64,000 nucleotides of DNA. Origin: an uncultured beta proteobacterium. GTDB lineage: Bacteria > Pseudomonadota > Gammaproteobacteria > Burkholderiales > Casimicrobiaceae. Of this stretch, positions 21,079-30,846 are shown piece by piece (within the stretch, counting starts at the first letter, position 1; the number at the start of each line of letters is the position of its first letter). The stretch is taken from assembly GCA_963828595.1 (NCBI GenBank), contig CAWHEN010000010.1:29048-93047 (forward strand), written 5' to 3'. A program made the position numbers and the translations under genes. The notes beneath the pieces were generated by a model that was given only the letters and a program-made list of their open reading frames with translations, was not told where the DNA came from and did no database searches.

Positions 21079-21639
21079 ATGCTGACTCGACTGCGGCGCA
21101 CGGTCCCGTACGTGATCGTCTTCGCGGCGACCATCGTTCTGTTCGTCTTCGCGAAACAGATCACTTTCATCGCACCGGGCGGGCGCATCGGTCCGGACAT
21201 CTGGCCGAAGGCGATCCTGGCGCTGGCGATGCTCACCTGCGTATTCCAGATCGTGAAGATCCTCTTCTTCGACGAGACGGGCGAGCAGGTGCCGGGCGTG
21301 CTCGAAAGCATCATCGAGGAGGCGCCGGCAGGCGAGATTGTCGAGGCCGCGCCCGAGGCCAGGTATCCGCACCTGATCGTCGGCGGGATCGTCCTCACCG
21401 TGGCGTACGTGGTGCTGATCGAGCGGCTCGGCTTCTTCCTCTGCACGTTCGCCTACCTTGCTGCGTTCGCATGGATCGGCCGCTACCGGCGGCCGCTGGT
21501 GGTGCTCGCGGCGAGCCTCGTCGGCAGCCTCCTTTTCATGTTCGTGTTCATGAAGGTCGTCTACGTTTCCCTGCCGCTCGGGCAGGAACCGTTCTCGCAG
21601 GTCACTTTCCTGCTGATGCGACTGATGGGTATCCGGTAG
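21079..21639 (+). CDS. tctB: TTT small membrane subunit TctB
   Basis: 186 aa, 4 TM segments, positioned between tctC and tctA. Confidence 0.8.
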   Translation: MLTRLRRTVPYVIVFAATIVLFVFAKQITFIAPGGRIGPDIWPKAILALAMLTCVFQIVKILFFDETGEQVPGVLESIIEEAPAGEIVEAAPEARYPHLIVGGIVLTVAYVVLIERLGFFLCTFAYLAAFAWIGRYRRPLVVLAASLVGSLLFMFVFMKVVYVSLPLGQEPFSQVTFLLMRLMGIR

Positions 21640-21645
21640 GGCCAC

Positions 21646-23268
21646 GTGCTCGACGTCGCGCTTTCGTTCCTCGCGGCGTTCCATACCGTATTCCAGCCGA
21701 CCAACCTGATCGCGCTGGTCGTCGGTCTGGTGGTCGGCATGATCGTCGCGGTGCTGCCGGGGCTCACGCTCGTGATGGGCGTCGTGCTGGCGTTGCCGTT
21801 CACCTACGGCATGGCGATCACGCCATCGATCATCCTGCTCACCGCGATGTATATCTCCGGAACGTATGGCGGTGCGTTCACGGCCATCTTGTTTCGCATT
21901 CCGGGCGAACCGCTCGACGTGCCGCTGCTTTGGGACGGGTACGCGATGGCGCACAAGGGCGAGCCCGCGAAGGCCCTCGGGTGGACGCTGTTCGCGGCGT
22001 TTTTCGGCGGAATCCTCTCGACGCTCGCGGCTGTTGCGATGGCGCATCCATTCGCCACGTTCGCGCTGAAGTTCGACTCGCCCGAGTATTTCGCGATCAT
22101 TCTGTTCGGTCTGACCAGCGTGGTCGCGCTGAGCGGCGCGTCGCTGGTAAACGGCTTCATCAGCCTGTTCCTCGGACTGATGATCGCGTGCGTCGGCGTC
22201 GACTCGATCTATGGCGCCGAGCGCTTCACGTTCGGGGTGCCGATGCTCGCCGACGGCATCGAATACCTGACGGTGATGGTGGGCGCGTACGGCGTCGGCG
22301 AAGTGCTCGTGCGGCTGGAGCAGGGGTTCCAGACGCCGCCGGTGCAAGCCGGCGGGCGCGTGGCGACCCGCTTCCCTTCGATCCGGGAAGCCTGGGCGGT
22401 CAGGGCGACGCTCGCGCGAAGCTCGATTCTGGGAATCATTCTCGGCATCATCCCGGGCGCCGGCGCGACGATCGCATCGTTCGTGTCGTATGGCACCGAG
22501 GCGCAGTACGGCAAGCGGCGCGACCTCCTCGGCACGGGCATCGCCGAAGGAATCGTCGCGCCGCAGACCGCCTCCACGGCAACGGTCGCCGGTCACATGG
22601 TGCCGCTGATCACGCTGGGCATTCCGGGCAGCGGCGCGACCGCTGTGATCCTCGGCGCGTTTCTGCTGCACGGCGTCCAGCCGGGTCCGCAGGTTTTCGT
22701 CAAGGACCCGGGCCTGGTCTACGCGATCTTCGCCTCGCTGTTCGTCGGCGTGATCGGCATGTGCCTGATGGGCTATTTCGCGATCAAGAGCCTGATCAAG
22801 GTACTCTACCTTCCGGAGGCGGTTACTTCGGCATTCGTCGTGATGTTCTGTTTCATCGGCGCGTTCTCTGCGCGCAACAACATCACCGATCTCTGGATGA
22901 TCGTGACCTTCGGTATCGTCGGCTACGTGTTCGAACGCTTCCGCTTTCCCATCGCACCGATGGTGCTGGGCTGCATCCTCGGCGAGCAGGCGGAGAGCGC
23001 GTTCATGACGAGCATGATCAGCTATCAGAACGACTGGACGGTCTTCTTCAGGCGGCCGATCAGCGGTGTCGTGATGGTGTTCGTCGTCATCGCACTGGGC
23101 TACCCGCTGCTGCGCCACTTGCGCCAGAAGCGCGACCAGCAGCAACCGGCGACGTCTCAGGTGCGCGGCGCTGAGGGGGCCAGGTCGGCAAGCTGCAGGC
23201 GCTGCACCTTGCCTGACGGTCCTTTGGGCAACTCGGCGACGAAGCGCACGAAACGCGGCGCCTTGTAG
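21646..23268 (+). CDS. tctA: TTT large membrane subunit TctA (the last ~35 codons overlap the convergent ligase gene and may not be real)
   Basis: ..LPGLTLVMGVVLALPFTYGM..ISGTYGGAFTAILFRIPGEP..IIPGAGATIASFVSYG.. are typical TctA segments. Confidence 0.9.
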   Translation: MLDVALSFLAAFHTVFQPTNLIALVVGLVVGMIVAVLPGLTLVMGVVLALPFTYGMAITPSIILLTAMYISGTYGGAFTAILFRIPGEPLDVPLLWDGYAMAHKGEPAKALGWTLFAAFFGGILSTLAAVAMAHPFATFALKFDSPEYFAIILFGLTSVVALSGASLVNGFISLFLGLMIACVGVDSIYGAERFTFGVPMLADGIEYLTVMVGAYGVGEVLVRLEQGFQTPPVQAGGRVATRFPSIREAWAVRATLARSSILGIILGIIPGAGATIASFVSYGTEAQYGKRRDLLGTGIAEGIVAPQTASTATVAGHMVPLITLGIPGSGATAVILGAFLLHGVQPGPQVFVKDPGLVYAIFASLFVGVIGMCLMGYFAIKSLIKVLYLPEAVTSAFVVMFCFIGAFSARNNITDLWMIVTFGIVGYVFERFRFPIAPMVLGCILGEQAESAFMTSMISYQNDWTVFFRRPISGVVMVFVVIALGYPLLRHLRQKRDQQQPATSQVRGAEGARSASCRRCTLPDGPLGNSATKRTKRGAL

Positions 23269-24719
23269 CGGCCGAGGAGGCGCTCACAGTGCTCGCGCAA
23301 CGCTGCCTCGCTGCACGTACAGCCGGGCTTGAGAACGACGCAGGCGAGGATCTCCTGGCCGTACATCGCGTCGGCAACGCCGACCGCCGCGCCCTCGAGC
23401 ACGGACGGGTGTGCCAGCAATGCCTCATCGATCTCGCGCGGGGCGATGTTCTCGCCGCCCTTGATGATCAGCTCCTTCAGGCGCCCGGTGATGAAGTAGC
23501 GGCCTTCGCCGTCGCGGTAGCCCAGGTCGCCGGTCGAAAGCCATCCGTCGCGATCCACGGCTTGCGCGGTCGCGTCCGGCGGCCTGTAGTAACCGATCAT
23601 CACGTTGTCGCCGCGCAGCTGGATCTCGCCGCGCTCGCCGGCTGCAAGCACTCGTCCGTCCGGGGCAACGACACGCGCTTCCATGCCGATCGGCCGGCCC
23701 GGCGAGCCGATCGTTCGCTCTGTGGGATCGAGCGAATTGCAGAACGCCACCGACGCGCACTCGGTGAGCCCCATCGCCTCGATCACCGGCACCCCGAAGC
23801 GTTCCTCGAACGCGCGATGCTGCTCCGGCGGCAGCGGGGCGGAGGCCGAGCGCGCGAAGCGCACGCCACGGAGCGCCTCCGTCTGCGCAGGCGTCGGCGC
23901 CGCCGCGTTCAGAAGATACGCGATGATCGTCGGCACGACATTGAGCCAGGTCGGGCGGTAGCGTTCGACCAGAGGCCACCATCGGGATACGCTGAAACGG
24001 TGCGGAAGCACGATGCTGCCCCCCGATACCAGCGGGGTGACGACACCGATGCACTGACCGTTGATGTGGTAGAGCGGAAGCGACGAAAGAACGCGATCGT
24101 CCGGGGTCAGCAGATGCGCGGCGGTCACCGTGCGACCGGCATGCAGCATGTTCGCGTGCGAGAGCAGAACGCCTTTGGGCTTGCCCGTGGTGCCGGAGGT
24201 GTACATCAGCATCGCGGGACTTTGTCCTTCGAGCGAGTCAACGGCATCGGCCTCGTCGTCCGGCAGGACGAGGCGGTCGGGGTCGGTCGATAGGATCGCC
24301 GCCTTGAGTCCGATGCGCGCGACGAGCGCGGACAGCCGGTCGAAGAACTCGGGCGCCACGAAGATCGCATGCGGCGCCGCGTGCGCGAGCGTGTACTCGA
24401 GCACGGCATCCTGAGCGAGCAGGTTGATGGGCGATACGATACGGCCGGCCGTCATCGACCCGATGAAGATCGTGGCCGCCGCGAGCCCGTTGGGCAGCAT
24501 GAACGCGACAATACCCTGCTCGGGCACCCGCAAGGCGCGCAGGAGCGCGCCGAAGCGGCGCGTCGTGCGGTGCAGGTCCGCAAAAGTGAGTGAGGCGTCG
24601 GGCTCCGGGGCCAGCAGGAAAGTCGCGTGCGGCTGCTTGTCCGCGTGCTGCTCGACGACCTGCCGGAATGTCTGAAAGCGCACAGCGCCCGGACTCACGT
24701 CCCGAACTTGCGCCGCCAT
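23157..24719 (-). CDS. AMP-forming acyl-CoA synthetase/ligase (ANL superfamily)
   Basis: Intact 520-aa ORF; MYTSGTTGKPKGV (AMP-binding motif), ..YRDGEGRYFITGRLKELIIKGGENI... Confidence 0.9.
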   Translation of the reverse strand: MAAQVRDVSPGAVRFQTFRQVVEQHADKQPHATFLLAPEPDASLTFADLHRTTRRFGALLRALRVPEQGIVAFMLPNGLAAATIFIGSMTAGRIVSPINLLAQDAVLEYTLAHAAPHAIFVAPEFFDRLSALVARIGLKAAILSTDPDRLVLPDDEADAVDSLEGQSPAMLMYTSGTTGKPKGVLLSHANMLHAGRTVTAAHLLTPDDRVLSSLPLYHINGQCIGVVTPLVSGGSIVLPHRFSVSRWWPLVERYRPTWLNVVPTIIAYLLNAAAPTPAQTEALRGVRFARSASAPLPPEQHRAFEERFGVPVIEAMGLTECASVAFCNSLDPTERTIGSPGRPIGMEARVVAPDGRVLAAGERGEIQLRGDNVMIGYYRPPDATAQAVDRDGWLSTGDLGYRDGEGRYFITGRLKELIIKGGENIAPREIDEALLAHPSVLEGAAVGVADAMYGQEILACVVLKPGCTCSEAALREHCERLLGRYKAPRFVRFVAELPKGPSGKVQRLQLADLAPSAPRT

Positions 24720-26128
24720 GCGCCAAACAGCTCGTCTTCGGTCGGCTCGTGCACGGACCCGGAGGGAAGCGGACGCACGACGCTCGTGATGTTGAGGAAG
24801 TGCCGGTAGTTCAGGTTGTCCGAGAGGCTATTGCCACCCCAGGTACCGCAACCCATCGACAGCGAGAATGGCAGCGCGTTGTCGAAGCTGCCTCCGGTTG
24901 CGAAGCAGTGCGCCTGGTTGACGATGACACGGCATACGGGCAGCGTGAGCCCGAGCTCGAGCGCGCGGTTCTCGTCGCGCGAATGCAGGCCGACCGAGTG
25001 ACCGGCGCCCTGATAGTCCAGCAGCCGCCGCGCGAGCGCGGCCGCGGCGGCGAAATCGGGCACCCGGTACAGCGCGAGGACCGGTGCGAGCTTCTCGCCC
25101 GAGAACGGATGCTCGGGCCCCACGCCGGTCTGCGCCACCATCAGGAAGCGCGCCTGCTCAAGCGCGGGCCGCGCGAAGCCCGCCAGCGAGGCAATCGCCG
25201 GGGCGGACTGGGCGATGAACGCGGACGAGAGCTTGCCGCCGGCGAACATCGTGCGCTCGAGCGCGCGCGTTTCATCGGCGGACAGCAGCACGCCGCCTTG
25301 CGCTATGAGCGCCTCCACGAGCCGGCCGTAGACCGCTTCCACCGCGATCACGGCGTTCTCCGACGAGCAGCTGGTCGCGTTGTCGAAAGTCTTCGAGCGC
25401 GCGATCAGTTCGGCGGCGGCTTTGACATCGGCCGTCTCGTCGACAATCACGCTGACGTTGCCGGCGCCGACACCCAGCGCCGGCGTCCCGCTCGAGTACG
25501 CCGCCTTGACGTTGGTCTGCGAGCCCGTCGCGACGACGAGATCGGCCTGGCGCATCAGCTCGAAAGTCTGCTCGCGCCTTATCGGCGCCGGCAGCGCCTG
25601 CACCAGATCGCGCGGGGCGCCCACGCGGTCGAGCTCGGCATGGACGTAGTCGAGCAGCAGCGCAAGCGTCGAATAGCCCTTGGGCGATGGCGCCAACACG
25701 ATCGCGTTGCGGCCCTTGAGCGCGTTGATGATGTTGTTCGCCGGCGTCGCGCCGGGGTTGGTGGAAGGCGTGATTGCGGCGACGACGCCGACCGGGCGCG
25801 CGATCTCGACGATTCCGCGCTCGCGATCCTCCGCGATCACGCCGACCGACCGCGCGTGCTGCAGGTCGCGCAGCAGGCCCATCGTCTTGCGCCGGTTCTT
25901 CGCGATCTTGTCCGCCACGTTGCCCAGGCCGGTGTCGCGCACCGCGATCTCCGCGAGCGCGCGATTGCGGGCCGGCTCGACGATCGCCCAGCCGGCGGCC
26001 GTTACAACCTCGTCGATGCGCTCCTGCGACCAGTCATCGGCAATGCGTTGCGCGGCGCGCGCGCGCAGGACGAGCTCGCGAACTACCGTCGCCGGCTCAT
26101 CGCGTGTCCGGAGTTTCTCCTGCTGCAT
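24695..26128 (-). CDS. CoA-acylating aldehyde dehydrogenase (SucD/SauS/PduP-like)
   Basis: ..ITPSTNPGATPANNIINALKGRNAIVLAPSP.. and catalytic-Cys region ..FDNATSCSSENAVI... Start placed at MQQEKL (ATG 26128); the track ORF extends to 26218. Confidence 0.85.
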   Translation of the reverse strand: MQQEKLRTRDEPATVVRELVLRARAAQRIADDWSQERIDEVVTAAGWAIVEPARNRALAEIAVRDTGLGNVADKIAKNRRKTMGLLRDLQHARSVGVIAEDRERGIVEIARPVGVVAAITPSTNPGATPANNIINALKGRNAIVLAPSPKGYSTLALLLDYVHAELDRVGAPRDLVQALPAPIRREQTFELMRQADLVVATGSQTNVKAAYSSGTPALGVGAGNVSVIVDETADVKAAAELIARSKTFDNATSCSSENAVIAVEAVYGRLVEALIAQGGVLLSADETRALERTMFAGGKLSSAFIAQSAPAIASLAGFARPALEQARFLMVAQTGVGPEHPFSGEKLAPVLALYRVPDFAAAAALARRLLDYQGAGHSVGLHSRDENRALELGLTLPVCRVIVNQAHCFATGGSFDNALPFSLSMGCGTWGGNSLSDNLNYRHFLNITSVVRPLPSGSVHEPTEDELFGAWRRKFGT

Positions 26129-26214
26129 CGAAGCTGCCTTAACCGATGAAGTGTTCCACAGCGGTGCGCCCGGCGCAACCATCTCGCCCAGGAGGCGGGG
26201 GTCGCGAGCGCGAC

Positions 26215-26940
26215 TCACGCCGGTTTACGCAGCAGATCGACGCGCATGGGCTGGAGGAATTTGACGCCCTGCGGCGTGACATGGCGCATGAAGCGCTCGC
26301 GCACTGCGCTCAATTGTGACTCCGACAGCCGATGCTGCGTATGGGTCACGCCCAGGACGCGCTCCTCGAAATGGGCGAAGTCATCGAAGCGAAGCGGAGT
26401 GTTGAAAAAACGCTCGGTGACGAATTCCAGCGCACCGCTTTCCACGCTGCGGGCGATCGCGGAGAAAGCCGCTGCGCGCACGCGCTCTTCGTCGTGAAAG
26501 ATGCGCATGATTTCGTTGTACTCGCCGGCGAAAACGGGCTCCGAGATGTACGCCAGGCCGCCCGGCACGAGAACGCGGCGCACCTCCGCAAGCGCGGTAT
26601 CAAGAAGATGGCCCGGTACGTGATGCAACGACTTGAACATCAATACCAGGTCGACACTGTCGTCTTCGAGCGGCAGGGCTTCTGCGCCGCCGGCGACGAA
26701 GCGGACGTTAGGCAGGTCGGTGATCGCGAGATTGCGCGCGTGCTGGATGGCGTCCACCTCCAGCGCGATGATCTGCGCGGTCGGGAACTCTTCGGCGATC
26801 GCCCGCGTGAGCTCGGCGCGACCGCACCCAAGCTCGGCAATGCGGGCATCCGCAAGCGGCAGCAGCTCGCTGTAAACGTCGCGCTCCGAGCAGACAGTGC
26901 GCGAGTCGGGGTCTCGTAGCCGCATGTCAGAAAAATCCAT
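26215..26940 (-). CDS. class I SAM-dependent methyltransferase
   Basis: ..IAELGCGRAELT.. (motif I) and ..LVLMFKSLHHV..LVPGGLAYISEP... Start placed at MDFSDM (26940), because 26941-27048 overlaps the conserved non-coding repeat. Confidence 0.8.
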   Translation of the reverse strand: MDFSDMRLRDPDSRTVCSERDVYSELLPLADARIAELGCGRAELTRAIAEEFPTAQIIALEVDAIQHARNLAITDLPNVRFVAGGAEALPLEDDSVDLVLMFKSLHHVPGHLLDTALAEVRRVLVPGGLAYISEPVFAGEYNEIMRIFHDEERVRAAAFSAIARSVESGALEFVTERFFNTPLRFDDFAHFEERVLGVTHTQHRLSESQLSAVRERFMRHVTPQGVKFLQPMRVDLLRKPA

Positions 26941-27060
26941 CAAAGGCTCGGGAGACGGGCTCTCCGGGGAGGAAACCACGAGCCGTTCGTTGGCGATGCT
27001 CCACGAATTTGATAAGCACCGCGCCGGTATTAGGGTTGCGGCGAACATGATTGACCTAAT

Positions 27061-27156
27061 GCGGAGCAGAATTTAGACTAACTATATGATAAACCATAAC
27101 TCTCCGACAGGCTGTTAGCCCGCAGGTCCCGGGTTCGGGACCTGGTCGGGCACCGG
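27061..27156 (+). ncRNA. diverged second copy of the tRNA-Asn-derived element (no CCA, one acceptor mismatch)
   Basis: Aligns base-for-base without gaps to 406-501. Blocks GCGGAGCAGAnTTTAGACTA, CTCTCCGACAG, CTGTTA, CCGCAGGT, GGTTCG and CCTGGTCGGG are conserved. Confidence 0.35.
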
Positions 27157-27366
27157 GCTGGACATTACACTGCAAGGGCTTGCTTGCGTTCGCTTCCTGC
27201 TGCGATTGCATACGAGACTTCCGGCTGAATGATGCGGTAAAGCGAAACGGTAGGGAGGAAACAAGCTCAATCTGTTGAGCATCCGCAGGCCCGGGCGAGG
27301 CATAATCCTTCCTGGCCGTAGGTCGCGCTACCTATATCGTCCGCTTTCGTCCAGGGAGACTTCGCG

Positions 27367-28968
27367 ATGAACAAATGCTCCGCACTGCTTCGTTCAATGG
27401 CCGCTGTGATGGGCACCGTTGCGTTGGTTGCGGTTCTGGGTGCTCCGGTGGCAACGGCGCAAGGGCAGAAAGTGCTCAAGTTCATTCCGCAGGCGGACCT
27501 GCGCATTCTCGATCCGATCACGACCACCGCGTACATCACCCGCAATCACGGGTACATGGTCTACGACACGCTGTTCGCCACCGATGCCAAGTTCCAGGTC
27601 CAGCCGCAGATGGTGGACAAGTACGAGCTCAGCAAGGACAACTGACCTACACCTTCACGCTGCGCGACGGGCTCAAGTTCCACGACGGCCAGCCGGTGCG
27701 CTCGGCCGATTGCATCGCGTCGATCGAGCGCTGGGCGAAGCGCGACGCGCTGGGCCAGAAGATGGCGGAATCGACCGAAGCGTGGAACGCCGTCAACGAC
27801 AAGACCTTCACGCTCAAGCTGAAGAAGCCGTTTCCGCTGGCGCTCGAAGCGCTGGCGAAGCCCTCGTCGAACGTGCCGTTCATCATGCCCGAGCGCATCG
27901 CCAAGACCGACGCCTCCACCAACATCACCGACCCGATCGGCTCCGGGCCGTTCAAGTTCGTCAAGGCCGAGTGGGTGCCGGGCAGCAAGGTGGTCTACGT
28001 CAAGAACACCGACTACGTGCCGCGCAAGGAGCCGCCGTCGTGGGCGGCCGGAGGCAAGGTCGTCAAGGTCGACCGCGTCGAGTGGATCTACATCCCGGAC
28101 TCGGCCACCGCCGCGGCGGCGCTCAACGCCGGCGAAGTCGACTGGTGGGAGCAGATGCCGCCCGACCTGATTCCGGTGCTGGCCAAGAACAAGGACGTCA
28201 AGGTCGAGAACATCGATCCGCTGGGCTCGATGGGGCTGCTCCGCTTCAACTTCATGTATCCGCCGTTCAACAATCAGAAGATGCGCCAGGCGGTCCTCTA
28301 TGCCCTCGATCAGAACGACTACGTGCTCGGCATCGCGGGCAACCTGAAGAACGGCCATCCCTGCTATTCGTTTTTCACCTGCGGCACTCCGCTGTCGAGC
28401 GAAGTCGGCGCCGCAGCCGCTGAAGGGCAAGCGCGACTTCGACAAGGCGAAGGAGCTGATCAAGGAAGCCGGCTACAAGGGCGAGAAGATCGTCATCATC
28501 GACGCGACCGACCAGCCGATCGTGCATTCGCAATCGCTGCTGACCGCGGAGATGCTGCGCAAGCTCGGGCTCAACGTCGAGTTGCAGGCAGGCGACTGGG
28601 GCACGCTGATCACGCGCCGGACGTCGAAGGAGCCGATCGAAAAGGGCGGCTGGTCGATCTTCCACACCTGGCTGGTCGGCCCCGACGTCACGTCGCCGGC
28701 GGTCAACTTCGCGATCCGCGGCTCGGGCCAGAAAGCGTGGTTCGGCTGGCCGGACGACCCGAAGATCGAGGAGCTGCGCGATGCGTGGTTCGCGGCGACG
28801 GATGCCGCCAGCTCGAAGAAGGCGGCGGAAGCGGTGCAGCTGCGCGCGTTCGAGTTCGTGCCCTACGTTCCGACCGCGCAGTTCATCCTGCCGACCGCGT
28901 ACCGCACGAATCTGTCCGGCGTGATCATTGCGCCGATCACGCTGATGTGGAACGTCGAGAAGAAATAG
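27367..28968 (+). CDS. ABC transporter substrate-binding protein, family 5 (peptide/nickel, DppA/OppA-like); frameshifts near 27642 and 28405
   Basis: Signal peptide plus ..KVLKFIPQADLRILDP..; continues ..LTYTFTLRDGLKFHDGQPV.. in frame 27375 and ..KGKRDFDKAKELIKEAGYKGEKIVII.. in frame 28522. Confidence 0.85.
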
Positions 28969-29005
28969 CGGCTTCCGCGCTTACGTCCAGCCTGCCAGGC
29001 GGCGG

Positions 29006-29950
29006 ATGATCGCCTACATCGTCCGGCGCCTGTTCTCGACCATCGTCGTCATGGCGGTGGTCGCGTTCGTCGTGTTCTCGCTGCTGTACCTTACGCCGGG
29101 CGATCCCGCCGCGATCATCGCCGGCGACATCGCGACCGACGAGGACATCCGGCGCATCCACGCCCGGCTCGGGCTCGACGAGCCGTTCCTGGTGCAGTTC
29201 GGGCGCTGGGTCTGGGCGCTGGTGCACGGCGATCTCGGCACGTCGATCTTCACCAACCTTCCGGTCACGCAGCTGATCGGGCAGCGCGTCGAGCCGACGC
29301 TTTCGCTGACGCTGTGCACGCTGGTGGTAGCGATCCTGGTCGCGGTGCCGCTGGGCGTCGTTGCCGCCGCCAAGGCGGGCACGTGGCTCGATCGCGCCGT
29401 GATGTCGTTCTCGGTGCTGGGCTTCTCGGTTCCCGTGTTCGTGTTCGCCTATATCCTGATCCTCACCTTCTCGGTCCAGCTCGACTGGCTGCCGGTGCAG
29501 GGCTATCGCAGCTTCCGCGACGGCGTGTGGGAATGGCTGCGGCACCTGATCCTGCCGAGCATCGCGCTGGGCACGGTCTACGTCGCGCTGATCACGCGCA
29601 TGACGCGCGCCAGCATGCTCGACGTGCTCGCGCAGGACTACATCCGCACCGCGGAGGCGAAAGGGCTCGCGCCGAAGCAGGTGCTGATCGGCCACGCGCT
29701 CAAGAACGCGGCGATTCCGGTGATGACGATCATCGGCATCGGCGTCGCGCTCCTGATCAGCGGCGCGATCGTCACCGAGACGGTGTTCGCGCTGCCCGGC
29801 ATCGGGCGGCTCACCGTCGACGCGATCCTGCGCCGCGACTATCCGATCATCCAGGGCGTGATCCTGATTTTTTCCGCGGTCTACGTGCTGGTCAATCTGG
29901 CGGTCGATCTGTCGTACGTGCTGTTCGACCCGCGGATCCGGTTGACATGA
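29006..29950 (+). CDS. ABC transporter permease (DppB/OppB-like)
   Basis: Intact 314-aa ORF; ..DYIRTAEAKGL..VLIGHALKNA.. (EAA loop). Confidence 0.9.
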   Translation: MIAYIVRRLFSTIVVMAVVAFVVFSLLYLTPGDPAAIIAGDIATDEDIRRIHARLGLDEPFLVQFGRWVWALVHGDLGTSIFTNLPVTQLIGQRVEPTLSLTLCTLVVAILVAVPLGVVAAAKAGTWLDRAVMSFSVLGFSVPVFVFAYILILTFSVQLDWLPVQGYRSFRDGVWEWLRHLILPSIALGTVYVALITRMTRASMLDVLAQDYIRTAEAKGLAPKQVLIGHALKNAAIPVMTIIGIGVALLISGAIVTETVFALPGIGRLTVDAILRRDYPIIQGVILIFSAVYVLVNLAVDLSYVLFDPRIRLT

Positions 29951-30842
29951 GCTCGACGACACTCGCTCCGCCGCCGATCGCCGGCAAGTCGCGATCCATG
30001 TCGCCGACGTGGCAGCGCTTTCGCGACGCGTTCCGCCGTCATCCGACCGCGCTCGTCGGCGGCGTCATCCTGATCGCGATGGTCGCCATCGCGATCCTCG
30101 CGCCCTGGCTGGGAACGGTCGACCCGCAGGCGGTATCGCCCTCAAGCGGCTGCATCCGCCGTCGGCCGAGTACTGGTTCGGCACCGACATGCTCGGCCGC
30201 GACGTCTACAGCCGCGTCGTGTACGGCGCGCGGGTGTCGCTGATCGTCGGCCTCGCGGTCGCGGCGCTGTCGACCTTGCTCGGGCTCGCGATCGGGCTCG
30301 TCACCGGCTACGTCCGCCGGCTCGACGCCGTCGTCATGCGCGTGATGGACGGCCTGATGTCGATTCCGTCGGTGCTGCTCGCCATCGCGCTGATGGCGCT
30401 CACCAAGGCCAGCATCGGCAACGTGATCGTCGCCATCACGCTGGCCGAAGTGCCGCGCGTCGTGCGCCTGGTGCGGAGCCTCGTGCTGACCCTGCGCGAG
30501 CAGCCCTACGTCGAGGCCGCGATCGCGGCCGGCACGACCTTGCCGCGCATCCTCGTGCGCCACATCCTGCCGAACATCGTCGCGCCGCTGCTGGTGCAGG
30601 GCACGTACGTCTGCGGCTCGGCGATGATCACCGAGGCGATCCTGTCGTTCATCGGCGCCGGCACGCCGCCCAACATTCCGAGCTGGGGCAACATCATGGC
30701 CGAAGGCCGGAGCCTGATCCAGATCGCGGGCTACCTGATCATCTTTCCCGGCATCTGCCTGTCGCTGACCGTGCTCGCGGTGAATCTGCTCGGCGACGGC
30801 ATGCGCGACGCGCTCGATCCGCGGCTCGCGCGGCGGATGTGA
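29947..30842 (+). CDS. ABC transporter permease (DppC/OppC-like); ATGA-coupled; frameshift near 30130
   Basis: ..HPPSAEYWFGTDMLGRDVYSRVVYGARVSL.. and ..REQPYVEAAIAAGT... Confidence 0.85.
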
Positions 30843-30846
30843 TGCG

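Noticed and set aside
502-27060. A 26.6-kb genomic island bounded by the two tRNA-like repeats.
   Set aside because: No integrase, transposase, conjugation or phage gene lies between the repeats. The repeats share only about 77% identity in their tRNA-like part rather than being exact att duplications. The interior is ordinary metabolic and transport content with the same high GC as the flanks.
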